A stretch of DNA of 64,000 bases from Syntrophales bacterium (lineage in GTDB: Bacteria; Desulfobacterota; Syntrophia; Syntrophales; UBA2210), in contig CAXXNF010000001.1 in assembly GCA_963666365.2 (NCBI GenBank), positions 64,001 to 128,000 on the forward strand, in the 5' to 3' direction. The position numbers and the translations under genes were made by a program. The notes below the pieces were generated by a model that made no database searches, had not been told where the DNA came from, and saw nothing but the letters and a program-made list of their open reading frames with translations. Shown piece by piece: positions 40,820 to 50,805 of this stretch. Position 1 is the first letter of the stretch. Every line of letters begins with the position of its first letter.

Positions 40820-41786
40820 GCCGGGTTTTCCTTACCGATACATCCCCGGAAAGGATCTTTTGAAAACGGCCATCGACATTTTCAAGAATGAGCCCTCCCC
40901 CTTCATCAATGTCGACCACCAGGCCTTCTTCACATCCATCTCCTCTGGTTACCGTCACTTCCGCCCCTATCATGTCGCTCATCTCCTTCCACCTGCGGCG
41001 AAAAGGCTCAAAACCGGCGTGCTGAAATTCATCATAACACCCCTCAAGCTCGGCAAGAATGTCCTGGAGGAGTTTCACCCTTTCGACGGTACGCCCTCCT
41101 TCCGCTCTGAGCGATGTGGCGCTGCTCGCCAGTTCTTCGGGGAAATCGGCTTGTTCCGTATTCACATTAATGCCAATGCCGACCACGATCCATTCCAGAC
41201 GATCCATCTCGGCGCCCATCTCCGCAAGAATGCCGGCCACCTTTTTCCCCTTGATCAGCACATCGTTGGGCCATTTGAGCCGTGGAGAGAGGTGAGTCGC
41301 CTCTTCAATAGCCCCTGCAACGGCAACCCCTGCGACGAGAGGAATTTTCGGCGCCTCGGCGGGACGGATCGCCGGTCTCAGAATAATCGAGAAATAGATG
41401 CCTCCCCCAGGGGAACTCCAGGCCCTTCCCATGCGCCCCCGCCCTTCACTCTGCCTTTCGGCAACCACAACGGTTCCCTCTACGGCCCCTTCGGCCGCCA
41501 TCTTTTTGGCATAATCCTGCGTCGATTGCACTTCCGGACAGTAGGTGACGGAACGACCGAGCACACGCGTAACAAGTCCTGCGCCGATCTCTTCGGGCAG
41601 CAGAAAATCGGGCGCGCTCATCAGAGAATAGCCGCGGCGGGGCGTTGAACAGATTACATAACCTTCCCTTCGAAGCTCCTTCACATGCTTCCAGACGGCA
41701 CTTCGCGAAATGCCCGCAGCCCTTCCCAGAGCTTCTCCGGAAACTTCTCCGCCACGTTTAAGATGGGCCAGTATCGCCTTTTTCAT
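40812..41786 (-). CDS. birA: bifunctional biotin ligase/repressor
   Basis: N-terminal HTH (SGE.LG..SR.AVWK), GRGRMGR, KWPND. Confidence 0.95.
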   Translation of the reverse strand: MKKAILAHLKRGGEVSGEALGRAAGISRSAVWKHVKELRREGYVICSTPRRGYSLMSAPDFLLPEEIGAGLVTRVLGRSVTYCPEVQSTQDYAKKMAAEGAVEGTVVVAERQSEGRGRMGRAWSSPGGGIYFSIILRPAIRPAEAPKIPLVAGVAVAGAIEEATHLSPRLKWPNDVLIKGKKVAGILAEMGAEMDRLEWIVVGIGINVNTEQADFPEELASSATSLRAEGGRTVERVKLLQDILAELEGCYDEFQHAGFEPFRRRWKEMSDMIGAEVTVTRGDGCEEGLVVDIDEGGGLILENVDGRFQKILSGDVSVRKTRHE

Positions 41787-41815
41787 GCTTCAGTGCTGTA
41801 AACGATCAGAAAATA

Positions 41816-41849
41816 ATTGTCAACCCTAATTTTAAATAAGGTTGACAAT
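41816..41849. promoter_or_regulatory. BirA operator
   Basis: ATTGTCAACC-N14-GGTTGACAAT perfect inverted repeat 30 bp upstream of birA. Confidence 0.9.
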
Positions 41850-42275
41850 GGCGTGGGTCTTGACATGGAATCGATCAGGCTATCCGCCAAGAGGGGAATT
41901 GTCTACCACGATCCAACTGATGCCGATGAATATAACGAAGGCAATGTAAATAACGTCTTGGTTGGCATTGTCAGCAAAGACACAAAAAAACTCACAAGCA
42001 GAAAATACGAATGGGGGGGCAACGACTATAGCACCGTCATCGAGCGGTTTTCATCAGGCCGATATTTGCAAATTAGCATTTCTACACCGATTGTGATTGT
42101 CCTTCAGTTCCTAGGGCATGATCAATTTCTGGGCAGTATACTTAATTAACAGTCTGCAGGATAATACGATAGCCAATAAAATACAACGACACTTATTAGT
42201 ACTTCTTGCTTATCTATACTGTCCCTGGAATTGACGCCGTTTTTTTGACGATGGATTCGGGGGTAAAGTGCATTC

Positions 42276-42303
42276 TTGACAAAGATGAAATCGTTGGTAT
42301 ATT
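42276..42303 (+). promoter_or_regulatory. sigma-70-type promoter of the arsR cluster
   Basis: TTGACA-16 bp-TATATT. Confidence 0.6.
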
Positions 42304-42361
42304 AGTTATTACGAATATATTATGATTAGAATATATTGTGATTCGAATCTTTTGATGGTGG

Positions 42362-42640
42362 ATGAATGCTATGGATTACAAAGCTGTATCGGCGTTTTTT
42401 AAGGCCATGGGTAACCCTACCAGACTGAAGATATTGGCGGAACTGGCAATAGAGGAACGGTGCGTCGCTGATGTGGAAAGCCTCATTGGAGCAGGTCAAG
42501 CAAACATTTCACAACATCTGGCGATCCTTAAACGGAATGAAATCGTCGACTGTCGGAAGGAGGGGAATTTACGATGCTACTTTCTGAAACAACCGGCTTT
42601 GGTGAAAAGCATCCTCGAGGCAGTCACAGAGAGGGAATAA
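42362..42640 (+). CDS. ArsR/SmtB family transcriptional regulator
   Basis: FKAMGNPTRLKIL, E.CV, Q.NISQHL. Confidence 0.92.
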   Translation: MNAMDYKAVSAFFKAMGNPTRLKILAELAIEERCVADVESLIGAGQANISQHLAILKRNEIVDCRKEGNLRCYFLKQPALVKSILEAVTERE

Positions 42641-42811
42641 CTGACGGGTAAATCACATCGGCCCAGTATATCAGCGGAACTGCCAAGAAAATGAAGGTAG
42701 AAATATTGATGCATATCCCACATTCGGCAAGAATTGCAGTTTCACAAACAGCAACTATTCCGAGACAGCCAGTCACTGGAAAGGCGAATCCACGTGAGGA
42801 GATTGGAGATT

Positions 42812-43861
42812 ATGGTATTTGACGATCAAACACGTCAGTATATTAAAGGGAAATTAGAGGAAGAACTTATGAATGATGTGCACATTAAGCTCTTTTCGAG
42901 TAATCTGATTACCGGCAATACCACCAGGGAGTATACGGATTTTACAGAAGACTTTTTGAAGGAATTGTCTGAGATTAATGATAAAATCCATGTCGAGTAT
43001 GACGACATGTATGGAGAAGAGGCAAAAAGGAGGAATATCACCGTTTCTCCGTCGGTGATCATCGGCGACGGCAATGGATGGTATCCGGTTCACTATTTCG
43101 GAGCTCCCGCGGGACACGAAGCCGCGTCATTCATAGAGGCCATATCGATGATCTCACGGAGGGACAGCACACTTCATCCCTCGTCCAGAGACAAACTGCA
43201 ACATATCGACAGGGACATGCTCATAGAGACATATGTCACCCCCAATTGTCCTCACTGTCCCCGTGCCGTTGTCCTCTCCAATCAGATTGCCATCGAGTCG
43301 GGCGGGAAAATCGTCTCGCGGTGCATAGAGGCCCAGGAGATGATGGACCGGGCTCGGATGTTCAATGTTTCTTCCGTTCCCCAGCAGGTCATCAACGAAG
43401 ACCACGACTCGGTCACGGTAGGGGTGCAACAGGAGAAGACCTTCGTCAATCAGGTGCTTCATTACGGTTCCGCCCGTGCACGGGAGATATTGGAGGAAGA
43501 AGAAAAAGCGACCAAGAAAGAGGAAATACTGCTCGATAATCCTGATTATCCAGTCGTGATCACCGATGGCAATATCGATGAGGCGATCGCCAAGTACCCC
43601 TTTCTGGTTGTCGACTGCTGGGCCGAGTGGTGCGCTCCCTGCAAGATGATAGGCCCCGTTATTGAAAAGCTAGCGTCGGACCACCAGGGGAAGATCACTT
43701 TCGGCAAGCTTGATGTCGACGGCAACCCTGAGACCTCGACCAGGTTCAACATCAGGTCCATTCCCACCCTTCTCGTGTTTAAAGAAGGGGATAAGGTGGG
43801 AGATATCATCGGCGCTATGCCGGAAGACATGCTCCTGGAGAAGATCAGCGCATACAGATAA
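42812..43861 (+). CDS. protein-disulfide oxidoreductase (AhpF-NTD/PDO-like) fused to thioredoxin
   Basis: G.PAGHE, CPHC, SSVP, then WCAPC and SIPT; GGAG RBS. Confidence 0.88.
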   Translation: MVFDDQTRQYIKGKLEEELMNDVHIKLFSSNLITGNTTREYTDFTEDFLKELSEINDKIHVEYDDMYGEEAKRRNITVSPSVIIGDGNGWYPVHYFGAPAGHEAASFIEAISMISRRDSTLHPSSRDKLQHIDRDMLIETYVTPNCPHCPRAVVLSNQIAIESGGKIVSRCIEAQEMMDRARMFNVSSVPQQVINEDHDSVTVGVQQEKTFVNQVLHYGSARAREILEEEEKATKKEEILLDNPDYPVVITDGNIDEAIAKYPFLVVDCWAEWCAPCKMIGPVIEKLASDHQGKITFGKLDVDGNPETSTRFNIRSIPTLLVFKEGDKVGDIIGAMPEDMLLEKISAYR

Positions 43862-43892
43862 AGCGTAAGCCGCACGCAGCTGGAGGATAGAT

Positions 43893-45032
43893 ATGAAAAT
43901 TGCCATTCCGAAGGAACAAACACCGCACGATCAGCGGATACCGATGGTCCCTTCAGATGTGAAACAGCTTGTTCAGCGGGGCGCCGAGGTCGAGATCGAG
44001 ACAAAAATGGGAGAACCCGTCGGCTATCCCGACGGTGCATACGAATCCGAAGGGGCAACGGTCAACCGGAACAGGCAGAGACTCCTGTCCGACGCCGATC
44101 TCGTGTTGCGACTGCACAAGCCTCCCCTCGAAGAAATCAAGCTTCTGAAAAAGGGAAGTATTCATATCAGCCATCTCGACCCCTTCAACGAGAAAGGGAT
44201 TCTCGACGCGTTCGTTTCACAGGGAGTAAGCGCTGTGAGCATGGAGATGATCCCGAGGATCACCAGGGCGCAGAAGATGGATGCTTTGAGTTCCCAGGCG
44301 AGCATTGCCGGATATGTCGCCGTCATCACTGCGGCGGCGAAACTCAACAAGATATTTCCCATGATGATGACTCCGGCGGGGACCATCGCCCCTTCCCGCG
44401 TGTTCATCATCGGGGTTGGCGTCGCCGGCCTCCAGGCAATCGCAACAGCGAAACGCCTGGGCGCCCGGGTGGAAGCCTTCGACACGAGGCCGGTTGTCGA
44501 GGAACAGGTACAGTCGCTCGGAGCGAAATTCGTCAAGATAGATCTTGGGGAGACGGGGGAAACACAGAGCGGATACGCCAAGGCCCTCTCTGAGGAACAG
44601 ATCCGGCTGCAGCGACAGGAAATGGCAAAACACTGCGCCACTGCCGACGTGGTCATCACGACCGCGCAGGTATTTGGGAAAAAAGCGCCTCTGATCGTCA
44701 CCAACGAGATGATCTCCTCCATGAATAAGGGGAGCTTCATCGTTGATCTTGCCGCGGGGAACGGGGGAAATGTTGAAGGTACTATTGCAGGCGAGGAGGT
44801 TGTCATAGACGGGGTAACGATTCTGGGGCTTGCCGACGCGGCGGGCCGTGCGGCTGGACACGCAAGCCAGATGTATTCGAGCAATCTGCTGAATTTAATT
44901 ACTGAATTCTGGGATGACGATGCAAAAAGACTGAATCTTCGCCTGGATGATGAAATTATCAAGGGGTGCCTGGTCGTTCACACCCATAGGATCTTCAGCG
45001 AATCTCTGAAAGAGTTCGTGCAAAGGAGATAG
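43893..45032 (+). CDS. pntAA: NAD(P) transhydrogenase alpha subunit part 1
   Basis: PRITRAQKMDALSSQ, GVGVAGLQAIATA. Confidence 0.95.
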   Translation: MKIAIPKEQTPHDQRIPMVPSDVKQLVQRGAEVEIETKMGEPVGYPDGAYESEGATVNRNRQRLLSDADLVLRLHKPPLEEIKLLKKGSIHISHLDPFNEKGILDAFVSQGVSAVSMEMIPRITRAQKMDALSSQASIAGYVAVITAAAKLNKIFPMMMTPAGTIAPSRVFIIGVGVAGLQAIATAKRLGARVEAFDTRPVVEEQVQSLGAKFVKIDLGETGETQSGYAKALSEEQIRLQRQEMAKHCATADVVITTAQVFGKKAPLIVTNEMISSMNKGSFIVDLAAGNGGNVEGTIAGEEVVIDGVTILGLADAAGRAAGHASQMYSSNLLNLITEFWDDDAKRLNLRLDDEIIKGCLVVHTHRIFSESLKEFVQRR

Positions 45033-45035
45033 AAC

Positions 45036-45353
45036 ATGGATGTAAACATCTGTCGAATTCCCTGCCTGGTCTGTATGGGTATGGTGCTTGTACTCGCTAT
45101 ATTCGTCGGGTTCGAGGTGATATCGAAGGTACCGTCACGCCTTCACACTCCTCTTATGTCGGGGAGTAACGCCATTTCCGGGATTACGCTCGTCGGTGCG
45201 GTACTGGCGAGCGGTTCGGCCGAGAGTGCCGTGGGGATCATCCTGGGAACTTCGGCCGTCATCTTCGCGACCATCAACGTGGTCGGCGGGTACATGGTTA
45301 CCAACCGAATGCTGGGAATGTTCAGGAAAAAAACGGATGGAGGCGATACATGA
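45036..45353 (+). CDS. pntAB: NAD(P) transhydrogenase alpha subunit part 2
   Basis: LHTPLMSGSNAISG, RMLGMF. Confidence 0.95.
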   Translation: MDVNICRIPCLVCMGMVLVLAIFVGFEVISKVPSRLHTPLMSGSNAISGITLVGAVLASGSAESAVGIILGTSAVIFATINVVGGYMVTNRMLGMFRKKTDGGDT

Positions 45354-46726
45354 CCACACAAATTATCGTGAATCTGGTGTATCTCGTTTCCGCCGTGCTG
45401 TTCATCTTCGGGCTGAAGTTGCTCACCTCGCAAACTACGGCACAGCGGGGAAACCTGCTTTCCGCAACGGGGATGTTTCTCGCGGTGGTGGTGACCCTTC
45501 TGAGTAATGAGATCCTCGATTATCGATGGGTTGCAACGGGGATCATCATAGGAAGCATTATCGGGGCCTTCGCTGCCCGCGTGGTCGCCATGACCCAGAT
45601 GCCCCAGATGGTGGCCTTGTTTAACGGTTTCGGCGGTGCTGCGAGTCTTCTCGTCGGATGGGCGGCCTATCGGACAATGAACATGTTCGATCTCTTTACC
45701 GCCACCACGATTTTTCTTGCCGTGTTAATCGGGGGCATTACGTTCTCGGGAAGCATGGCGGCCTGGGGCAAACTCGCCACATACATCAGTGGAAAGCCCA
45801 TTCTTTTCCCCGGCCAGACATTTTTGAACGGAGTCCTCTTCATCGGAGTACTGGTAGCGGGATCCCTCCTGCTCATGAATCTGCCGATCAGCTACGCGTT
45901 ATTAACAGCGATTATCGTCCTCTCCCTTATTCTCGGCGTTATGGCGGTTATCCCCATCGGAGGCGCTGATATGCCGGTCGTTATTTCCCTGCTGAACAGC
46001 TATTCCGGTATCGCCGGGTGCGCGGCGGGGCTGGCGATTCACAACAACATCCTGATCGTTGCCGGCGCTCTGGTCGGGGCAAGCGGGATTATATTGACCA
46101 ATGTGATGTGCAAAGCCATGAATCGTTCACTCACCAATGTGCTCTTCGGGGGATTTGGCGCCAGCAGCGGCGCACAGACCGTGCAGATCGAAGGCGAGGT
46201 CAAACCCATTTCGGCGGAAGACACCTATTTTATTCTCGAGGCCGCAAGTTCGGTGGTTTTTGTGCCGGGATACGGGATGGCCGTTGCGCAGGCGCAGCAC
46301 GCGATTCATGAACTGGAAGAACTCCTGGAAAAGAATGGGGGCGACGTGCGCTTTGCCATCCATCCCGTTGCAGGGCGCATGCCGGGGCATATGAACGTCC
46401 TCCTCGCCGAGGCCAACGTGTCGTATGACAAGCTTGTCGAGATGGATGATATCAACCGGACGATCGCGGGGGTCGATGTCTGCATCGTGGTCGGCGCCAA
46501 CGACGTGGTCAACCCGGCCGCCCGTGAGAGTAAGGGCAGTCCGATCTACGGCATGCCGATCATCAACGTGGATCGGGCAAAGACGGTCATCGTTCTGAAG
46601 CGTTCCATGGCGCCTGGTTTTGCCGGGATCGAAAACAATTTGTTCTATAAGGAAAACACCCGGATGCTCTTCGGTGACGCAAAGACGAGTATCGAAGCGC
46701 TTGTCTCGGAATTCAAGAGGAAATAA
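45350..46726 (+). CDS. pntB: NAD(P) transhydrogenase beta subunit
   Basis: GGADMPVVISLLNSYSG, HPVAGRMPGHMNVLLAEA. Confidence 0.96.
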   Translation: MTTQIIVNLVYLVSAVLFIFGLKLLTSQTTAQRGNLLSATGMFLAVVVTLLSNEILDYRWVATGIIIGSIIGAFAARVVAMTQMPQMVALFNGFGGAASLLVGWAAYRTMNMFDLFTATTIFLAVLIGGITFSGSMAAWGKLATYISGKPILFPGQTFLNGVLFIGVLVAGSLLLMNLPISYALLTAIIVLSLILGVMAVIPIGGADMPVVISLLNSYSGIAGCAAGLAIHNNILIVAGALVGASGIILTNVMCKAMNRSLTNVLFGGFGASSGAQTVQIEGEVKPISAEDTYFILEAASSVVFVPGYGMAVAQAQHAIHELEELLEKNGGDVRFAIHPVAGRMPGHMNVLLAEANVSYDKLVEMDDINRTIAGVDVCIVVGANDVVNPAARESKGSPIYGMPIINVDRAKTVIVLKRSMAPGFAGIENNLFYKENTRMLFGDAKTSIEALVSEFKRK

Positions 46727-46834
46727 TGATCAGGACGATGCACAATCCGGTTCATAATGGAGGAATGAAAATCAAGAGAAGACGAGACGGATACTGTGTG
46801 GTTTCGTTCGCCATGAAACACAACAAGAAGGGGA

Positions 46835-47248
46835 ATGTACATGAAATTGACGATTGCGTTCTCGACTGACGACGGGGATTTCTTCAACGACGATCACTTT
46901 GGAATGGCGCGGTATTTTCGCATTTATGAATTTTCAGACTCCACGGTAGCTTTAATCGAAATGCGAGAGAACGCAAAATATGTCGAAGATCAATCGATAC
47001 AGCATGGTGATCCCGGTAAGGCGAAGGCGACCTCCTCGGTCCTCGGCGGGGTCGATGTGATAGCAGGCAGGAAATTCGGACCGAATATCGTGAGGCTGCT
47101 GAAGAAATTCGTATGCGTCGCGGTAAAGACCGACAGGATTGCCGATGCCATACAGATGATACATGAAAATATGGAGGCAATAGAAGAGGCCAAAAGCAAA
47201 GGCGAGACGAGAAAACATATCGTGCTGAAGCGACCGGCGAACGGGTAA
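46835..47248 (+). CDS. NifB/NifX-family (FeMo-co binding-like) protein
   Basis: IAF.TDDG...HFG.A..F.IY motif. Confidence 0.8.
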   Translation: MYMKLTIAFSTDDGDFFNDDHFGMARYFRIYEFSDSTVALIEMRENAKYVEDQSIQHGDPGKAKATSSVLGGVDVIAGRKFGPNIVRLLKKFVCVAVKTDRIADAIQMIHENMEAIEEAKSKGETRKHIVLKRPANG

Positions 47249-47377
47249 TAAAGCTCAGCCCGATTGCTTGCAATATGGTCTAGGGAGCATGAAAACCGGG
47301 TGTCCGGGTTACGATAGCCGGGGCGCAATTATCACCGGGCGTCACTGCCGGATTGAAAACGAAAAGAGGAAACCGTA

Positions 47378-47605
47378 ATGCCGAGAGGAGATGGAACTGG
47401 ACCGCGGGGACCGGGACCGGGACGAGGTATGGGCCAGAGCTCGGGACGCGCCGTCGGCCGGGGACAAATGGGAGGCCGGGAACTCGGAACATGTGGAGGG
47501 TGTGTCTGCCCCGATTTCGGGCACCGGGTTGCCCATAAGATCGGGACTCCGGGTTCCGATTTGACCTGTCCCCTCTGCGGGAGCCGGATGAAACGGCAGG
47601 GGTGA
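47378..47605 (+). CDS. small Gly-rich protein (DUF5320-like) with a degenerate zinc ribbon
   Basis: MPRGDGTGP.G start, CVCP...CPLCG; AGAGGA RBS. Confidence 0.75.
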   Translation: MPRGDGTGPRGPGPGRGMGQSSGRAVGRGQMGGRELGTCGGCVCPDFGHRVAHKIGTPGSDLTCPLCGSRMKRQG

Positions 47606-47688
47606 AACATCGGTCGAGGATTGCCTTTTCTCTTTCCCTATCAGTTAGGGCGGACAGGGAAGCCCACAAATCATAACAGAAAAGAGCC

Positions 47689-48714
47689 ATGGTTGTCGAA
47701 ACTGTCAAGCACGCACTGATGATAACGAGCTTCGTGTTCATTATGATGCTGATCATTGAATATGTCAATGTGCTGACCAGGGGGCATTGGCAGGAATCAT
47801 TAAAGAAATACCCCTGGATGCAATATTTCCTGGCCGCTTTTCTGGGGGCCACTCCCGGTTGTCTGGGGGCTTTTACCGTCGTGGCCCTGTACACTCACGA
47901 CATCGTCAGCTTCGGCGCGCTGGTAACCGTCATGATCGCAACCAGCGGCGACGAAGCCTTCGTCATGCTCTCTCTGTTTCCGGGTACGGCAATCCTTTTG
48001 ACCGTGATCTTGCTGGCCATCGCTCTGGTTGCGGGTTTTGTGACGGACCTGCTCTTCACACCGGGGATGATTCCCCTGGAAAATCGGGACAGGGGATTCG
48101 CGTTTCACGATGAGGACTGTGTCTGTTTCCCCCGGGACGAGATCCTGAGCCAGTTGAAAAATCTCACCCTGCAGCGGGGGGTGCTCCTCTTTTCCCTGAT
48201 ATTATTCGTCTCTGCCCTGCTCTCCAGACAACTGGGTCCCCACGCATGGAACTGGATAAAGGTGACCCTGTTGGGGGGCTCCCTGGTCGCACTTTTTATC
48301 ACCGCAACGGTGCCCGAACACTTCCTCGAGGAGCACCTCTGGGAACATATCGTAAAAGTCCATATCCCGCGGGTGTTTCTCTGGACGTTGGGTGCCCTCG
48401 TTGTTATGGCCGTGCTGCTTCACTCTCTCGACCTAGGCTCCTGGATCGAGGCGAACTACCTGACGGTTCTCTTGATCGCATGTCTCGTGGGATTCATCCC
48501 TGAATCGGGACCGCACATGATATTCGTGACCCTCTTCGCCGAAGGAGCGATCCCCTTCGGTATCCTCCTGGCAAGTTCCGTCGTGCAGGACGGCCATGGG
48601 ATGCTCCCCCTCCTTGCGGAATCAAAGAAGGGTTTTATTTCCGTTAAGGTCATCAATCTCTCCACAGGCCTCTTGGTTGGGTTGGCCTGGTACGTCGGGG
48701 AGATCTATCTGTAA
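47689..48714 (+). CDS. putative heavy-metal/manganese permease (ArsP_2/DUF2899-like)
   Basis: PGCLGAF, ATSGDEAF, HFLEEHLWEH, PESGPH, QDGHG. Confidence 0.8.
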   Translation: MVVETVKHALMITSFVFIMMLIIEYVNVLTRGHWQESLKKYPWMQYFLAAFLGATPGCLGAFTVVALYTHDIVSFGALVTVMIATSGDEAFVMLSLFPGTAILLTVILLAIALVAGFVTDLLFTPGMIPLENRDRGFAFHDEDCVCFPRDEILSQLKNLTLQRGVLLFSLILFVSALLSRQLGPHAWNWIKVTLLGGSLVALFITATVPEHFLEEHLWEHIVKVHIPRVFLWTLGALVVMAVLLHSLDLGSWIEANYLTVLLIACLVGFIPESGPHMIFVTLFAEGAIPFGILLASSVVQDGHGMLPLLAESKKGFISVKVINLSTGLLVGLAWYVGEIYL

Positions 48715-48846
48715 CGGGAGATCGACCACCATAGTATACGCATAATATATCGTGCCGAATCAGATATTGATCAAAACATGCATGGTTCGATCAAATGGTA
48801 CACATAAACCAACATCGGTGTCGCACCGAACAAAAGGAGGCCTCTT

Positions 48847-50739
48847 ATGAAGATATTGTCAACCGAACTGTCCATCGGAAATGCGGTGATCAAAAACAGG
48901 GCTGTCATGGCCCCGATCAAGACGGGGTATGGCGTGCGGACAGGGGAAGTAACCAATCGTCACATCGAGTTTTTCGGCAGACGAAGCAGGCACGCAGGCG
49001 CCGTCACCCCGGAGCCGTTTTGTCTGCATCCGACACTGCGGGAATTACCCGTTCAGATAGGAATCCACAACGACGATATGCTGCCGGGGCTCGCAAGACT
49101 CTCGGACGCCATCCACGCAAACGGGGCCCTGGCAATCGCGCACCTCAATCACCCGGGGAGGATGGCGAATCCCGCTATCCCCGGCAATCGATTCCTGTCC
49201 TCCTCGGGACAGATGTGTCCCACCGGCGTCAAGGAGCCCGAGGCGATGGATCGATCTCTCATTGAAGAGTCTCAAACACTCTTTGAAAACGCCGCCGTCA
49301 GGGCCCAGCAGGCGGGATATGATTTCGTGGAGCTGCAATTCGGGCATGGATACCTGATCGCTCAATTTCTCTCGGAAGCGGTCAACGATCGAACCGATCA
49401 ATACGGCGGGAGCTGGGAAAACCGGCTGCGCTACGGCATCGAGGTCTTGGAACGGGTGAAACAGGCCGTCTCTCTACCGATCATCGTCCGTCTGAGCGCG
49501 GATGAAATGACGCCGAACGGCCTCAAACTCGAAGACGCGATCCGGCTCGCTCCCGTCCTCGCGGAACGGGGAGCGAACGCGCTGCATATATCAAGTGGTT
49601 CCCTGTGCGAAACACCCCCCTGGTATTTTCAGCACATGGCCGTGCCCAAGGGAAAGACATGGGACTTTGCCTCACATATCAGGGAGACGGTGAAAATCCC
49701 GGTGATCGCCGTCGGTCAGATCAATGAACGGGATGACCCGGAGACGATTCTCCAAGGCGGTATGGCGGACGCGATTGCCGTCGGAAGGGCCCTGGTAGCG
49801 GACCCCGATTTTATCGGCAAGGTCCTGGGAGAGATCAGCGGTCCTATCCGTCCCTGCGCATCCTGCCTCGAGGGGTGCCTTGGAGGGGTCAAGGGCGGAA
49901 AAGGCCTCATGTGCGTGGTGAACCCCGCCGTCGGCAAGGTCGAAGAAGCTATACCGCTCGTCGAGAAACCCCGGAAAATCGCCGTCGTGGGCGGCGGGCC
50001 TGCCGGAATGGAGGCGGCGCTCGTCCTGAACGAGAGGGGGCATACCGTGACCCTCTACGAAAAGGACAGACTGGGAGGGCTGTTCAATCTCGCCTATCTG
50101 ACACCGAGAAAAGGGAACCTCAAACGAATAAACGACTACCTCATACGGGAGGTGCAAGAAAAGATTACCGTGGTCGGCACGAAGGCAGACCCGGAGGAAC
50201 TGGCAGGCGCCTATGACGCCGTGATCGTGGCGACGGGCTCTCGCCCCCAGCCTCCCGATATTCCGGGTTTGCAGGAATGGAGCTGGGCGGAGCTTCTTCA
50301 GAAGAACAATATGCCGGCGGGAAAGAAGGGGGTCATTGTCGGCGGCGGCTTCATCGGAGCCGAGATGGCCGAGGCGCTCGTCAAAAACGGGAACGACATC
50401 ACCATACTGAAGCGATCGCGGGAGATCGCCCCCGCCATGGAGCCGATCGCGCGGAAATTGTTGTTACGGACCCTGGACGAACTGGGTGTCCCGATTATCA
50501 CGGATACGGATGTCACGAGGGTAGAAGGGAGAATGGTCTACCTGACAGTTGGTGATGGGGAAGAGGCTATCGAGGGCGTTGACTTTGTCGTCTATACGAA
50601 GGGGATGGTTCCGGAAGATTCACTCAAAGACCGGCTTTCCGGAAAAGTCCCGGTCTATGCGATCGGGGACTGCAGAGAAATAGGGAGGGCAATGGATGCC
50701 ATCCATGACGCGTATGATTATGCCATGTCCATCAGCTGA
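48847..50739 (+). CDS. NADH:flavin oxidoreductase (OYE family, Fe-S), second paralog
   Basis: GHGYLIAQFLS, CASCLEGC, GGGPAGM. Confidence 0.9.
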   Translation: MKILSTELSIGNAVIKNRAVMAPIKTGYGVRTGEVTNRHIEFFGRRSRHAGAVTPEPFCLHPTLRELPVQIGIHNDDMLPGLARLSDAIHANGALAIAHLNHPGRMANPAIPGNRFLSSSGQMCPTGVKEPEAMDRSLIEESQTLFENAAVRAQQAGYDFVELQFGHGYLIAQFLSEAVNDRTDQYGGSWENRLRYGIEVLERVKQAVSLPIIVRLSADEMTPNGLKLEDAIRLAPVLAERGANALHISSGSLCETPPWYFQHMAVPKGKTWDFASHIRETVKIPVIAVGQINERDDPETILQGGMADAIAVGRALVADPDFIGKVLGEISGPIRPCASCLEGCLGGVKGGKGLMCVVNPAVGKVEEAIPLVEKPRKIAVVGGGPAGMEAALVLNERGHTVTLYEKDRLGGLFNLAYLTPRKGNLKRINDYLIREVQEKITVVGTKADPEELAGAYDAVIVATGSRPQPPDIPGLQEWSWAELLQKNNMPAGKKGVIVGGGFIGAEMAEALVKNGNDITILKRSREIAPAMEPIARKLLLRTLDELGVPIITDTDVTRVEGRMVYLTVGDGEEAIEGVDFVVYTKGMVPEDSLKDRLSGKVPVYAIGDCREIGRAMDAIHDAYDYAMSIS

Positions 50740-50805
50740 CGGAAGCAGGCTGGCGGCATCGGGCGTACGCGCATACCCGTTACATAAAAGAAAGGAGGAA
50801 GAGAC

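Noticed and set aside
41817..42149. 110-aa ORF upstream of birA
   Set aside because: Starts at a TTG inside the BirA operator, has no RBS and no recognisable motif.
46835..47248. Nitrogen fixation gene
   Set aside because: The NifX-like domain is widespread in non-diazotrophs, and there is no nifHDK in the window.
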